From the NCBI GenBank assembly GCA_020846295.1, contig JADLEF010000015.1, positions 152 to 64,151 on the forward strand: DNA of 64,000 nt. The letters run 5' to 3'. Below are positions 46,284-55,378 of this stretch, in pieces. A program made the position numbers and the translations under genes. The notes beneath the pieces were generated by a model, which saw nothing but the letters and a program-made list of their open reading frames with translations, made no database searches and was not told where the DNA came from. Every line of letters starts with the position of its first letter. Positions within the stretch are counted from its first letter, which is position 1. The DNA comes from Acidimicrobiales bacterium (GTDB lineage: Bacteria > Actinomycetota > Acidimicrobiia > Acidimicrobiales > CAIXPF01).

Positions 46284-46706
46284 TCAGCGCTCGGAAGGCA
46301 CTTGACCGTTGCGATCGGATCGCGCCGTGCGGGCGATGCTCGAGGGCGCCGGTGCGGGGTACCCGCGGGCCAGGAGCCAGGCGGCGTCCAGCGTGTCGCG
46401 CGGGCTCGCCCGGAAATCGTTGAGCGACGCCATCCAGGCGGCGAGCGTCACGAAGGCCAGCGCGATGCCGAGGCCCAGCCCGCGGCCCCCGGCGGCCCGC
46501 ACGCCCGAGAAGATCATGGCGAAGTCCGCGGACACCAGGACGATCAACGTGACGAGCACCGTCGCCGACTCGAACTGGGTGGTGGCCCGATCGAGGTACA
46601 CATCGCCGTGCTCCCCGACGCCAGGGGTGTGCTTCTGGATCATGCGCAACGGCGACGTGACGCTGCGAGCGGCGAGCGGCGCCCAGATGGCGTAGGTCAG
46701 CGCCAC
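46284..46706 (-). CDS. Membrane protein segment. It is in the same frame as, and contiguous with, the upstream ORF 46722-47540, separated only by a TAG and 5 sense codons.
   Basis: Hydrophobic helices are present (ATVLVTLIVLVSADFAMIF, GLGLGIALAFVTLAAWM). The frame relation was computed from coordinates. Confidence 0.5.
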   Translation of the reverse strand: MALTYAIWAPLAARSVTSPLRMIQKHTPGVGEHGDVYLDRATTQFESATVLVTLIVLVSADFAMIFSGVRAAGGRGLGLGIALAFVTLAAWMASLNDFRASPRDTLDAAWLLARGYPAPAPSSIARTARSDRNGQVPSER

Positions 46707-46721
46707 CAGGACCAGGTCTCG

Positions 46722-47540
46722 CTAGGGGAAGCCGTCCACGAAGCGGCCGCCGGCGGGGTCCTCCCGGATCGCCTGGTCGACGAGGCCGGACGCACCGAGC
46801 GTCACCACCGTGGTCGAGATCAGCAGCAGCAGCGCCTTGCTGTAGCGCAGCACCACCGTGCGGATGGCCAGGACGTGCCGAGCGATGAGCGCCTCGGTGC
46901 GGGCCACATCGCCGGCCAGGGTGCGGTCGCGGCTCAGACCGGCCAACCGGAAGGCGTGGCGCAGCCGTGCCGGGTCCCCCTCGACGCCCTCGGCTGCGGT
47001 GAACCCCCACACCTGGTACCCCCGGGTGTCGAACCGGTCGCGCCAGCCGTCGTCGTCCACGCTGCGCGGCACCAGCAGCCCACGGGTCCACTCGTCCTCC
47101 CGCCCGGCCGACAGCAGCTCCCGGGTGCGCGGGCTGAGCTCGTCGTGGTTGAACCCGAGTCCAGGGATGATGAACCGCGGGTTGAACACGACGCGGTTCG
47201 GCCCCTCCGACCCGCCGGGGTGGGAGCCGAAGGTGTTGCTGGTGAAGTAGAACCCGAGCAGATCACCGATCAACATGAAGATGGCCGGCACCGGCAGCAG
47301 GATCACCAACGAGGCGGCGAGCGCGATGGCGATGGTCGGCAGCGCGTGCTGGCCCGCGTCGTAGGAGGACATGATCACGGTGATCATCTTCGGGAACGCG
47401 TCGCGGAGGAACAGCGGCAGCAGCAGGATGAGCGCCGATCCACCGAGTAGCGCCTGCGCCACCCGATGGATCGTGGAGAGCCGCACCTCGCTCCGCTGGA
47501 GGAACGCCCGCATCGCCGCGCGCGATTCCTCGTCGCTCAC
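46722..47540 (-). CDS. Membrane protein of unknown function: two N-terminal TM helices, a soluble loop of about 130 aa, and a further TM helix
   Basis: Non-repetitive sequence starts at about VSDEESRAAMRAFLQRSEVRLSTIHR. The start is uncertain (GTG 47540 or ATG 47513). The upstream Arg-rich extension to the TTG at 47720 is rejected. The ORF ends at TAG 46722-46724. Confidence 0.5.
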   Translation of the reverse strand: MSDEESRAAMRAFLQRSEVRLSTIHRVAQALLGGSALILLLPLFLRDAFPKMITVIMSSYDAGQHALPTIAIALAASLVILLPVPAIFMLIGDLLGFYFTSNTFGSHPGGSEGPNRVVFNPRFIIPGLGFNHDELSPRTRELLSAGREDEWTRGLLVPRSVDDDGWRDRFDTRGYQVWGFTAAEGVEGDPARLRHAFRLAGLSRDRTLAGDVARTEALIARHVLAIRTVVLRYSKALLLLISTTVVTLGASGLVDQAIREDPAGGRFVDGFP

Positions 47541-47700
47541 CGTCGACCCGACAGTTCCGAGCTCGCCACCGTCCACCCTCGAGGATCCCCTTCTCCATCG
47601 CAGCGCCGGTCGCAGCACCGATTCGCAGCGCCGGCTCCGGCGCCGACCGTGGCCTGCACGCCGGACCCGGCGCGCCTGCCGCGACACTCTACTTGCCAAA

Positions 47701-47716
47701 CTACGAAACTTCGTAG
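47701..47716. promoter_or_regulatory. Palindrome CTACGAA-ac-TTCGTAG in a low-GC patch upstream of the membrane-protein/ArsR gene string
   Basis: The 7-bp perfect inverted arms with a 2-nt spacer were read directly from the sequence. The site is about 160 nt upstream of the proposed start. Confidence 0.35.
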
Positions 47717-47790
47717 ACAACTCGCCATGAACCTGACGGATGGATGGGCAGCGCGACGCGTTCGACCTTCGTTCGAGCGCCGAAGCGCCC

Positions 47791-48792
47791 TCAGGCCCCC
47801 AGGTCGTCGCGCGCCTCCGCGGCGGGTGAGCCCGTGCACTCGGTGACGGGCCGCCCCTTCCAGAACACGGTCACCGGGCCGTCCGCGCTCACCACGAAGG
47901 CCACGGTGTGGTGGTGGTCCCAGGTGTAACGCGCCGCGGAGCGGTGCCGCATGCCGCGCTCCTGGGCCACCGCCTGCTCGGATTCGATCGAGGAGCGCAA
48001 CCCGATCGCCAAGCGGTTGACCGAGCCGTCGGGACCGACCAGGGTGGCGAGGTCGGTCTGCATCAAGGCGGCGAACAGCGCCGGGTAGTGGTGGCGGGTG
48101 AGCACCGACAGCCCGGGCGCCGCCACGACGGCATCGAGGTCGAGCGAGGGCGCATCCTCCAGGCGCGGGTCGAAGTCGTAGAGGAGCGTCGCGCCCACCC
48201 GCGACGGGCTGAGCCAGTGCACGCACAGGTCGAGGATGCCCTCGAGCACCGAGCGGGGCGCGCCGACGACAGCGTCGGCGACGCTGGCGATGAGGGCGTT
48301 CGCCGTCGGCCGCGCCGACCAGTTCCGACCGTCCCACTCGATCACGCGCTCGTCGACGAAGAGCCGGGGCACGCCGAGCACGGTCCGTTGCACGATGGCG
48401 GCGCCGGTCACCGCCTGGATGTCCACCAGATCCGCCTCGCACTGCACGCTGCGCCGGAAGCAGGCCAGCAACGGGGCCCGACCCGGGCGGCGCACCACGA
48501 ACGTCGATCGACCATCGGCGAAGCGGCGGCACTCCGCCAGCGGCAGCTCCAACTCGATCAGCTCGACCAGATCACCGGTGGGGACCAGGTCGCGGTCGCG
48601 GGGCAGCACGAACCCGCCGTAGACGGCCTGTTTGCCCTCGTGACGCGGCGGCCGGCGCACATGGTCGAGCTCCTGGACGAGGTCGACCGCGTCGCACGAA
48701 CCGCAGTCCAGCGAGACCCCGTCATCGTCGAGCTCGTCCAGCAGACGCCGCTCGGCCCTCGTCAGCGAGGCGCCATCCAGAGGCGATGCCAT
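47791..48792 (-). CDS. DisA_N (diadenylate cyclase, DAC)-like domain protein with an unassigned N-terminal domain of about 200 aa
   Basis: The C-terminal third aligns by eye with DAC motifs. RVGATLLY matches GALIVI, TDLATLVGPDGSV matches the HDGAVII region, RGMRHRSAARYT matches GTRHRAA, and VAFVVSADGPVTVF matches IVVSEETGxISL. ATG at 48792. Confidence 0.6.
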   Translation of the reverse strand: MASPLDGASLTRAERRLLDELDDDGVSLDCGSCDAVDLVQELDHVRRPPRHEGKQAVYGGFVLPRDRDLVPTGDLVELIELELPLAECRRFADGRSTFVVRRPGRAPLLACFRRSVQCEADLVDIQAVTGAAIVQRTVLGVPRLFVDERVIEWDGRNWSARPTANALIASVADAVVGAPRSVLEGILDLCVHWLSPSRVGATLLYDFDPRLEDAPSLDLDAVVAAPGLSVLTRHHYPALFAALMQTDLATLVGPDGSVNRLAIGLRSSIESEQAVAQERGMRHRSAARYTWDHHHTVAFVVSADGPVTVFWKGRPVTECTGSPAAEARDDLGA

Positions 48793-48908
48793 GGCCCGCA
48801 CGCCAGCAACCCGCCATACGCCGGCCCTCGGGCGCACGGTGGGAGCCGACGACCATCCAGATACGCTGAGCGCGTACACGACCGCATATAGCGGTCACAT
48901 GGCGGCGG

Positions 48909-49859
48909 GTGGCAAACGTGAAGCGCGGATTCGCAGGGCTGGGCATTGGAGTGGCGGTCGGCATGATGGCGGCGTGCGGGACAGCACAGGCCCCCGGCAC
49001 CGTGACGCCGAGGGTGGCGGTGACCCACTTCACCGTTCCCACCACGGCGGTGACGGCCGGCGCGGCGCTCGACGCGCCCTCCACCGCAGCGGACACGGAC
49101 CCGGACCGGTTCTCGACCGAGCCGTCCCGTCCGATGGGCACCGGGCCGGCGGTGCGCATCATGCCGCTCGGCGATTCCCTCACCCAAGGGGACGACCCGG
49201 CGGACCCGATGTCCCCGCAGAGCTACCGGGGGGCGCTCGAGGCGCGGCTCCATGCTGCGGGGTACGCGTTCGACTTCGTGGGCAGCGACCGCACCCCGGC
49301 GAGGGGCGGCACCGACGCCGACAACGAGGGCCACGGCGGGTTCACCATCGGACCGGATGAGTCCACGCTGTGCACCGGCTGCCCGCCGGCGAACCTCCGC
49401 GCCCACCTCGACGGCTGGCTCGACGAGGCCCGGCCCGACGTGATCATCCTCTTGATCGGCGTGAACGACCTGTTCCCCATGGACCGCACCACCGCCGCCG
49501 GCGCGTACCGACCGGTACGGCCAGAGGATGCGCCCGCCAAGCTGGACGCGCTGGTCGATCGCATCGCCGAGCTCGCGCCGCAGGCCGAGATCATGGTGGC
49601 CTCGTACCCGCCGGTGCCGGTGTTCCGCACCGCCGGCCCGGAGACCAGGGCCCGCTTCGACGCGCTCAACGATGCCGCCCGGACCATCGGCACCAGCGGC
49701 GGGCGACTGCACTACATCCCGCTGGCCGAGCAGTTGGCGGTGGACTGGACCCTGGTCGACACCATCGGGGACGGCCTGCACCCCTCGCCGCCGGGATCGG
49801 ACAAGATCGCAGCGGTCATCGAGCAGGCGCTCGTGCCGGTGCTCGACCAGACCCCCTGA
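48909..49859 (+). CDS. SGNH/GDSL-family hydrolase, lipoprotein
   Basis: The lipobox is GMMAACG. MPLGDSLTQG is block I, NEGHGG is present, GVNDL is present, and GDGLHPS is block V. Confidence 0.8.
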   Translation: MANVKRGFAGLGIGVAVGMMAACGTAQAPGTVTPRVAVTHFTVPTTAVTAGAALDAPSTAADTDPDRFSTEPSRPMGTGPAVRIMPLGDSLTQGDDPADPMSPQSYRGALEARLHAAGYAFDFVGSDRTPARGGTDADNEGHGGFTIGPDESTLCTGCPPANLRAHLDGWLDEARPDVIILLIGVNDLFPMDRTTAAGAYRPVRPEDAPAKLDALVDRIAELAPQAEIMVASYPPVPVFRTAGPETRARFDALNDAARTIGTSGGRLHYIPLAEQLAVDWTLVDTIGDGLHPSPPGSDKIAAVIEQALVPVLDQTP

Positions 49860-49923
49860 GGGCCGCGGCAGGCACAGACCACGTTCGTCGTGCATCGGTG
49901 TGCAGGCGCCTGCCACCGCTGCG

Positions 49924-50793
49924 ATGCTGGACACCATGTTGAGCCGTGGCCGCGACGTCCCCTACCTGCGCTTCCGACCGGCGCAGGACGCGCCGGAGGA
50001 GAGCGCGCAGCTGGAGCGCGACGGCTGGACGCTCCTGCGCGCCGTCCTCAGCCGGGCGGAGGTGGACGCACCCGCCGCCGAGGTGACCCGCGTCTATGAC
50101 GCCTGGCCCGCCGATGTGCGACGGCCCCACCGCGCCGCCGAGGAGCTCGAGCAGTTCCGCTACGAAGTGCTCAACCGCTCCGCCGCGTGCCAGGCGGTCG
50201 TCGGCCATCACCGGATCCTCGCGGTAGTCGAGCCGCTGCTCGGCGAGGACTGCCATGTGATCGCCAACACGGCGTGGCGCAACCCGCCGGCGGTCGAGCA
50301 CACCCACGGTGGCGGGCTGTGGCACATCGACGCGGGGCCACACATCCCGCTGCCGCCGGGCGTCGACTGGGACGAGCGGATCCCCCACCCGGTGTTCGCC
50401 GTCGGCTGCCACATCCTGCTGCAGGACTGCCCGGTGGCGTGCGGCCCCACAGCGGTCATCCCGCGCAGCCACCTCTCGGGCGAGCCGCCGCCGCCCGACC
50501 GGCTCGCCGATCCCACGTTGAGCTGGCGCGGCAACGAACCGGTCGTGCTGGCCGCCGCTGCCGGCGACGTGCAGCTGTTCGTCTCCGACGTCTGGCATCG
50601 GCGCATGCCCACGGGCGCCGGTGACGCCGGTCGCTTCTTCCTCCAGGTGCACTACGGCCGGCGCGACATCGCCCCGCGGCTGCGCCCCACCGCCGTGGCG
50701 AACCAGCTCTCCGAGGAGGCGATCGGTCGTACCGCCACCGACCGCGACCGCACGCTGGTGGGCCTGCACCGGCCCCTGTTCTACGACGGCTGA
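49924..50793 (+). CDS. Phytanoyl-CoA dioxygenase (PhyH)-family Fe(II)/2OG oxygenase
   Basis: WHIDAGPH is an HxD-type motif, the distal His lies in VWHRRMP, and the length fits. ATG at 49924 is in frame with the listed ORF. Confidence 0.7.
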   Translation: MLDTMLSRGRDVPYLRFRPAQDAPEESAQLERDGWTLLRAVLSRAEVDAPAAEVTRVYDAWPADVRRPHRAAEELEQFRYEVLNRSAACQAVVGHHRILAVVEPLLGEDCHVIANTAWRNPPAVEHTHGGGLWHIDAGPHIPLPPGVDWDERIPHPVFAVGCHILLQDCPVACGPTAVIPRSHLSGEPPPPDRLADPTLSWRGNEPVVLAAAAGDVQLFVSDVWHRRMPTGAGDAGRFFLQVHYGRRDIAPRLRPTAVANQLSEEAIGRTATDRDRTLVGLHRPLFYDG

Positions 50794-50858
50794 CCCCGGC
50801 GGCCACCCGTTCGACCGGCGTGACCCCGCGGCGGATCCAGGCGGAGTACGGTCCGCCC

Positions 50859-51698
50859 ATGAACAGCACCAACCCCGTTGCCGTGGTCGTCGGCGCGACG
50901 TCGAAGTGGCAGGCGGACGGCCGCAACACCCACCTCGTCCACGGCGGCCCGGTGGACGACCGCGACCTACCGCTCGGTATCCGCTGGGGGGTGGGCGGCG
51001 CGCTCGCCCAACGGTTCGCCGCCGAGGGCTGTTCGGTCGTGCTGACCACCCGCAACGCGGCCAACGCCGCCGGCCTCGAGGCCGCCATCGCAGCGAGCGG
51101 CGGCGAGTGCCGAACCGTCGAGCTGGACCTGGTGTCGGAGGCGTCGGTGCACGCCGCGTTCGAGCGCGTCCGCACCGAGGTCGGCGACCCGCAGCTCGTC
51201 GTGTACAACGCGGGCTACCTGGAGGGCCGCGACCTCCCACCCGATCAGGAGCTCATGGAGCACATCCCTGTCGAACTGTTCGACACCGCGCTGCACATCG
51301 CCTGCCGCGGCCCGTTCCTGGTCGCCCGGGAGGTGCTGCCGGCCATGCGGCGCGCCGGCCGCGGGTCGTTGCTGATCTCGAACAACGCGGCGTCGCTGCG
51401 CGGGCGCAAGCGCTACACCGGCCAGTCGCTGTACTACCCGCGCACCATGATGCGGGCGCTGGCCCAAGCGCTCACCGAGGAGTACTCCGAGCACGGCGTG
51501 CACGTCGCCAACGTGGTCATCGACGGCCTCATCGACTCGCCCGGCACGCGCGGCCTGCCCGCTGCGCAGCGCAACCCCGACGCGGTCATGGACCCCGAGC
51601 AGATCGCCGACGCGTTCTGGTACCTGCACACCCAACACCGCTCGGTGTGGACCCACGAGCTGCAGCTCACGCCCCACGTCACCAAGCCGAGCGTCTGA
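50859..51698 (+). CDS. SDR-family oxidoreductase
   Basis: VVVGATSKW...GGALAQRFAAEGCSVVLTTR is a Rossmann-type N-terminus, and YYPRTMMRAL is a YxxxK-like region. Confidence 0.7.
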   Translation: MNSTNPVAVVVGATSKWQADGRNTHLVHGGPVDDRDLPLGIRWGVGGALAQRFAAEGCSVVLTTRNAANAAGLEAAIAASGGECRTVELDLVSEASVHAAFERVRTEVGDPQLVVYNAGYLEGRDLPPDQELMEHIPVELFDTALHIACRGPFLVAREVLPAMRRAGRGSLLISNNAASLRGRKRYTGQSLYYPRTMMRALAQALTEEYSEHGVHVANVVIDGLIDSPGTRGLPAAQRNPDAVMDPEQIADAFWYLHTQHRSVWTHELQLTPHVTKPSV

Positions 51699-51714
51699 CG
51701 GGCCGGCGTCGGGC

Positions 51715-53475
51715 CTACCAGCCCTGACGCACCGCGACCGGCACCGCGTGACGGCGCGCCGGTACGGGCTCGACGCGACGGTAGGCCGCACCCTGGGCCG
51801 GGCGGGGATCGGCGTCGCCGCGGCAGGGCCACAGGGAGAGCGCGCGCTCGGCGAGCGCCGTGATGCTGAGCGACGGGTTGACGCCGAGGTTCGCCGAGAG
51901 CGCCGAACCGTCGGTCACGTGCAGGGTCGGGTAGCCCCAGACCCGGTGGTACGGGTCGAGCACGCCCCGCTCGGGGGACGAGCCCATGGCGCACCCGCCG
52001 ATGAAGTGCGCCGTCATCGGGATGTCGACGAGATCGGTGAGCGGCCCACCGGTCATGGTCGGCTCACCGGTGCGCTGCGCCAGCCGTTCGGCGAGGATGC
52101 GCATGGCCCGGTGCCCGACGGGGATCCAGCGCGGGCTCGGGGTGCCGTGGCCGGGCGCGGATGACAGCCGCCAGCCCTTGCCCAAGCGCCGTCTGGTCGC
52201 CGAGACGGTGATCGAGTTGTCGCTGGTCTGCATGACCAGGCCGATGATGGCGCGCTGCGAGAACCGCCAGGCGAACGGCGGCCACAGGAAGCGCACCAGG
52301 GACGGACGTCGGCGCAGCTCGGCCAGCAGACCCCGCCAGCGCAGCGAGCGCCGACCGGGGTTCGACGGATCGGCGGCGGCGCCGTCGGCCATGAACATGA
52401 CCAGGGCGCCCATGGCGTTCGAACCGGGCCCGTAGCGGCAGTTCTCGATGTGGGTGTGCTCATCGGGATGGAACGAGGCGGTGATGGCCAGCCCGCGGGC
52501 GAGGTCCTCCTTCGGCACCGATCGGGTCATGGTGCCCAGCAGCGCCTCGCTGTTGGTCCGGGTCAGCGAGCCGAGACGGTCCGACAGCCTCGGCAGGGTG
52601 GCCGAGGCCTTGAGGTTGTGCAGCAGCGACTGGGTGCCCCACGTGCCGGCGGCCAGCACGACCTGGGCGCAGGTGATGGTGCGGCGTTCGCTGCGCACCC
52701 AGGCACCGGATCGTTGCGTCGTGACCCGCCACCCGGTGTCGGGCCGGTTCGGATCGAGGGGGCGGAGATCGACGACGGTGCGCAGCGGCTCGATGCGCAC
52801 CCCGAGCCCTTCGGCCAGCGCCAGGTAGTTCTTCACCAGCGTGTTCTTCGCCCCGACCCGGCAGCCCACCATGCAGTTGCCGCATGCCGTGCAGCCGGTG
52901 CGGTCCGGGCCGGCGCCGCCGAAGTACGGGTCCGGCACGGTCACGTCGGGCTCTTGGGCGCCGTCGCGACCGAAGTAGACGCCGACCGGTGTGGTGCGGA
53001 ACGTGTGACCGCAGCCCATCGCCTCCGCCGTCTCCTGCATGAGCTCCTCGACGGGCCCGCGGATCGGGTGCTGATCGACGACGCCGAGCATCCGCTTGGC
53101 GACCGCGTAGTGCGGGCGCAGCTCGGCCTGCCAGTCGGTGATGTCGGCCCACTGCGGGTCGGTGAAGAACGAGTCGGGCGGCTCGTAGAGCGTGTTGGCG
53201 TAGACCAGCGAGCCACCGCCGACGCCGGCCCCGGCCATGACCAGGACGTCGCGCAGCAGGTGGATGCGCTGGATGCCGGTGCAGCCCAGCCGAGGCGCCC
53301 ACAGGTAGCGGCGGATGTCCCAGGAGGTGCGAGCGAACTCCGCGTCGCTGAACCGGCGGCCCGATTCGACGACGAGCACGTCGTAGCCCTTCTCGGCCAG
53401 GCGCAGGGCGGCGACGCTGCCGCCGAACCCCGAACCGATCACCACGACGTCATGGTCGAAGTCGGCTCCGGGCAC
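51715..53475 (-). CDS. GMC-family FAD oxidoreductase (cholesterol-oxidase-like)
   Basis: DVVVIGSGFGGSVAALRLAEKGYDVLVVESG is the N-terminal FAD motif. The product is 586 aa. Confidence 0.85.
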   Translation of the reverse strand: MPGADFDHDVVVIGSGFGGSVAALRLAEKGYDVLVVESGRRFSDAEFARTSWDIRRYLWAPRLGCTGIQRIHLLRDVLVMAGAGVGGGSLVYANTLYEPPDSFFTDPQWADITDWQAELRPHYAVAKRMLGVVDQHPIRGPVEELMQETAEAMGCGHTFRTTPVGVYFGRDGAQEPDVTVPDPYFGGAGPDRTGCTACGNCMVGCRVGAKNTLVKNYLALAEGLGVRIEPLRTVVDLRPLDPNRPDTGWRVTTQRSGAWVRSERRTITCAQVVLAAGTWGTQSLLHNLKASATLPRLSDRLGSLTRTNSEALLGTMTRSVPKEDLARGLAITASFHPDEHTHIENCRYGPGSNAMGALVMFMADGAAADPSNPGRRSLRWRGLLAELRRRPSLVRFLWPPFAWRFSQRAIIGLVMQTSDNSITVSATRRRLGKGWRLSSAPGHGTPSPRWIPVGHRAMRILAERLAQRTGEPTMTGGPLTDLVDIPMTAHFIGGCAMGSSPERGVLDPYHRVWGYPTLHVTDGSALSANLGVNPSLSITALAERALSLWPCRGDADPRPAQGAAYRRVEPVPARRHAVPVAVRQGW

Positions 53476-53528
53476 GACGGCAGGCTAGCGAAACGGCTCC
53501 GTTCAGCGCGAGCCGCCGGGCGAGCGGC

Positions 53529-54011
53529 TCAGGCGGTGGTGTCGTCGGTGAGCACGGGCGGATCGGCCAGCCCGAGCTTGGCGCACCGGTGGCGGTAGAC
53601 GCCGAGCACGCTGGCGGCGTCGGTCACCGACTGCACCGTGCCGTCGGGCGCCAGGTTGAGGTTCGCCCCGTAGATCTGGAACCACACATCGGTCGGCTCG
53701 GTGTTCGACTCGGGTACGACCAGCGTGTGGGTGGAGCCCGCCGGCTCGTAGAGGACCGATCCGGCCCGGTTGACGTACTCGGACTCGAGGTAGTGCCACG
53801 CGCCGCTCGACGTGTACGCGTAGACCGGCCCGGTGTGCTTGTGGGTCTGCACCCGAACGCCGGGCGCGAAGCGGGTCCGGACGATCCACAGCCCTTCGCG
53901 CACCTTGGCCACCAGCACCTTGGTCTCGGTGCCGCGGCCGTCGTCGACCCAGGGGAGCTCGTCGTCGCCGCGGTGCACGGCGCTCGGTGCGTGTTCGATC
54001 GTGGTGGACAT
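53529..54011 (-). CDS. Cupin, 2,4'-dihydroxyacetophenone dioxygenase-like family
   Basis: THKHTGPVYAYTSSGAWHY...EPAGSTHTL is the cupin metal-site pattern. The product is 160 aa. Confidence 0.7.
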   Translation of the reverse strand: MSTTIEHAPSAVHRGDDELPWVDDGRGTETKVLVAKVREGLWIVRTRFAPGVRVQTHKHTGPVYAYTSSGAWHYLESEYVNRAGSVLYEPAGSTHTLVVPESNTEPTDVWFQIYGANLNLAPDGTVQSVTDAASVLGVYRHRCAKLGLADPPVLTDDTTA

Positions 54012-54118
54012 GGCCCGGAGCCTATCGATGCGGCCGCCGGGCAGCCTCCCGGCGCGGTACAGTCCGCGTCGGTCGCCGGTCGGTGCGCACGCCGGCGGAC
54101 GGCGACCTGGGGGAAGCG

Positions 54119-55378
54119 ATGAACATCATCTCGAGCCGCGCCGGACGGGCGTCCGCGCCAGCGGCCGCGCCGCGCACCTTCGCCGCCTTCGGCATCCCGC
54201 AGTTCGGCCGGCTGTGGTCCAGCGGCGCGCTGTTCAACCTGTCGCGCTGGGGCATCTCGTTCCTCGCGGCGTTCGTGGCCAACGACCTGGCCCACTCGCC
54301 GCGGCTCGTCCAGCTGACCGGGGTGGCCATGTGGTCGCCGATGCTGCTGGCCGGGGTGGCCGGTGGTGTGGTGTCGGACCGGCTCGATCGGCGGCGCACG
54401 CTGCTGGCCCAGTACGCGGTGATGATCCCGATGGTGGTGCTGCTGGCGCTGCTGCACGGCACGGGTCAGCTTCGCCTGTGGATGCTCTACCCGTTCCTGG
54501 TGGTGGCGGGGCTCGGGTTCGTGCTCGACATGACCACCCGCCGTGCGATCCTCTACGACATCGTCGGCGCCCAGCGCATCGACAACGCCATGGCGCTGGA
54601 GTCGCTGAGCATGGCGGGCGGCCTGGCCTTCGGCGCGCTGGCCGGCGGGGCGGTGGTGGACGCCGTGGGTGTCAGCCAGGCGTTCTGGCTGGTTGCGGTG
54701 CTGTTGACCGTCTCCTGTGTGCTGTTCCTGACGATCCGTGTCCCGGCGCGCACCGCGCCGCCCACCGGGTCGGCGCGGGGCGCCTTCCGAGAGGGGTTCG
54801 GGATGCTGCGGACCCAGCGTGCGCTGGTCAGCATCCTGGGCGTCACGTCGTGCGTGAACTTCTTCTACTTCACCTACACGCCGCTGGTGCAGGTGATCGG
54901 CAGCGACCTCGGGGTGCGGCCGGCGTTGGTCGGCCTGCTGGCCTCCATGACCGGGTTCGGCATGATGATCGCCTCGCTGACCACCGCCCGGCTGCGACCG
55001 AACCGCCGGGGGTTGGTGTACACCGCGGGTGCGTTGGCGGCGCTGGCGTTGCTGCTGCCCTTCGCCGCCTCGGGCACCTACGTGCTGGCCGTGCTGTGCC
55101 TGCTCGGCGCTGCGGTCGGCGGCGGGTTCTTCGGCGCGCTGCAGGGCGTGCTGGTGATGACGGTGGTGCCCGCCGAGCTGCGCGGCCGGGCGCTGGGCCT
55201 GCTGAGCATGGCCATCGGCGTCCTACCGATCGGTATGTTGCTGCTCGGCGAGGTGGCCGAGGCGATCGGTACCCGCCAAGCGCTGGCGTTGTCGGCGGGG
55301 GCCGGGGTGCTCACGCTGCTGTTGTGGGTGTGGCGCCATCCGGAGGTCAGCCGCATCACTTCGGGCGACCTAGGTTGA
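54119..55378 (+). CDS. MFS transporter (12-TMS type)
   Basis: ATG 54119 follows GGGGGAAG. The protein is hydrophobic throughout. The DRLDRRRTLL motif lies between TM2 and TM3. Confidence 0.8.
   Translation: MNIISSRAGRASAPAAAPRTFAAFGIPQFGRLWSSGALFNLSRWGISFLAAFVANDLAHSPRLVQLTGVAMWSPMLLAGVAGGVVSDRLDRRRTLLAQYAVMIPMVVLLALLHGTGQLRLWMLYPFLVVAGLGFVLDMTTRRAILYDIVGAQRIDNAMALESLSMAGGLAFGALAGGAVVDAVGVSQAFWLVAVLLTVSCVLFLTIRVPARTAPPTGSARGAFREGFGMLRTQRALVSILGVTSCVNFFYFTYTPLVQVIGSDLGVRPALVGLLASMTGFGMMIASLTTARLRPNRRGLVYTAGALAALALLLPFAASGTYVLAVLCLLGAAVGGGFFGALQGVLVMTVVPAELRGRALGLLSMAIGVLPIGMLLLGEVAEAIGTRQALALSAGAGVLTLLLWVWRHPEVSRITSGDLG

Noticed and set aside
47541-47720. TTG-initiated 60-aa N-terminal extension of the membrane protein (MSTKFRSLASRVSRQARRVRRAGHGRRR...)
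   Set aside because: It is Arg-rich low-complexity sequence, reads through the palindrome, and has a rare start codon. The more plausible start is GTG 47540 or ATG 47513.
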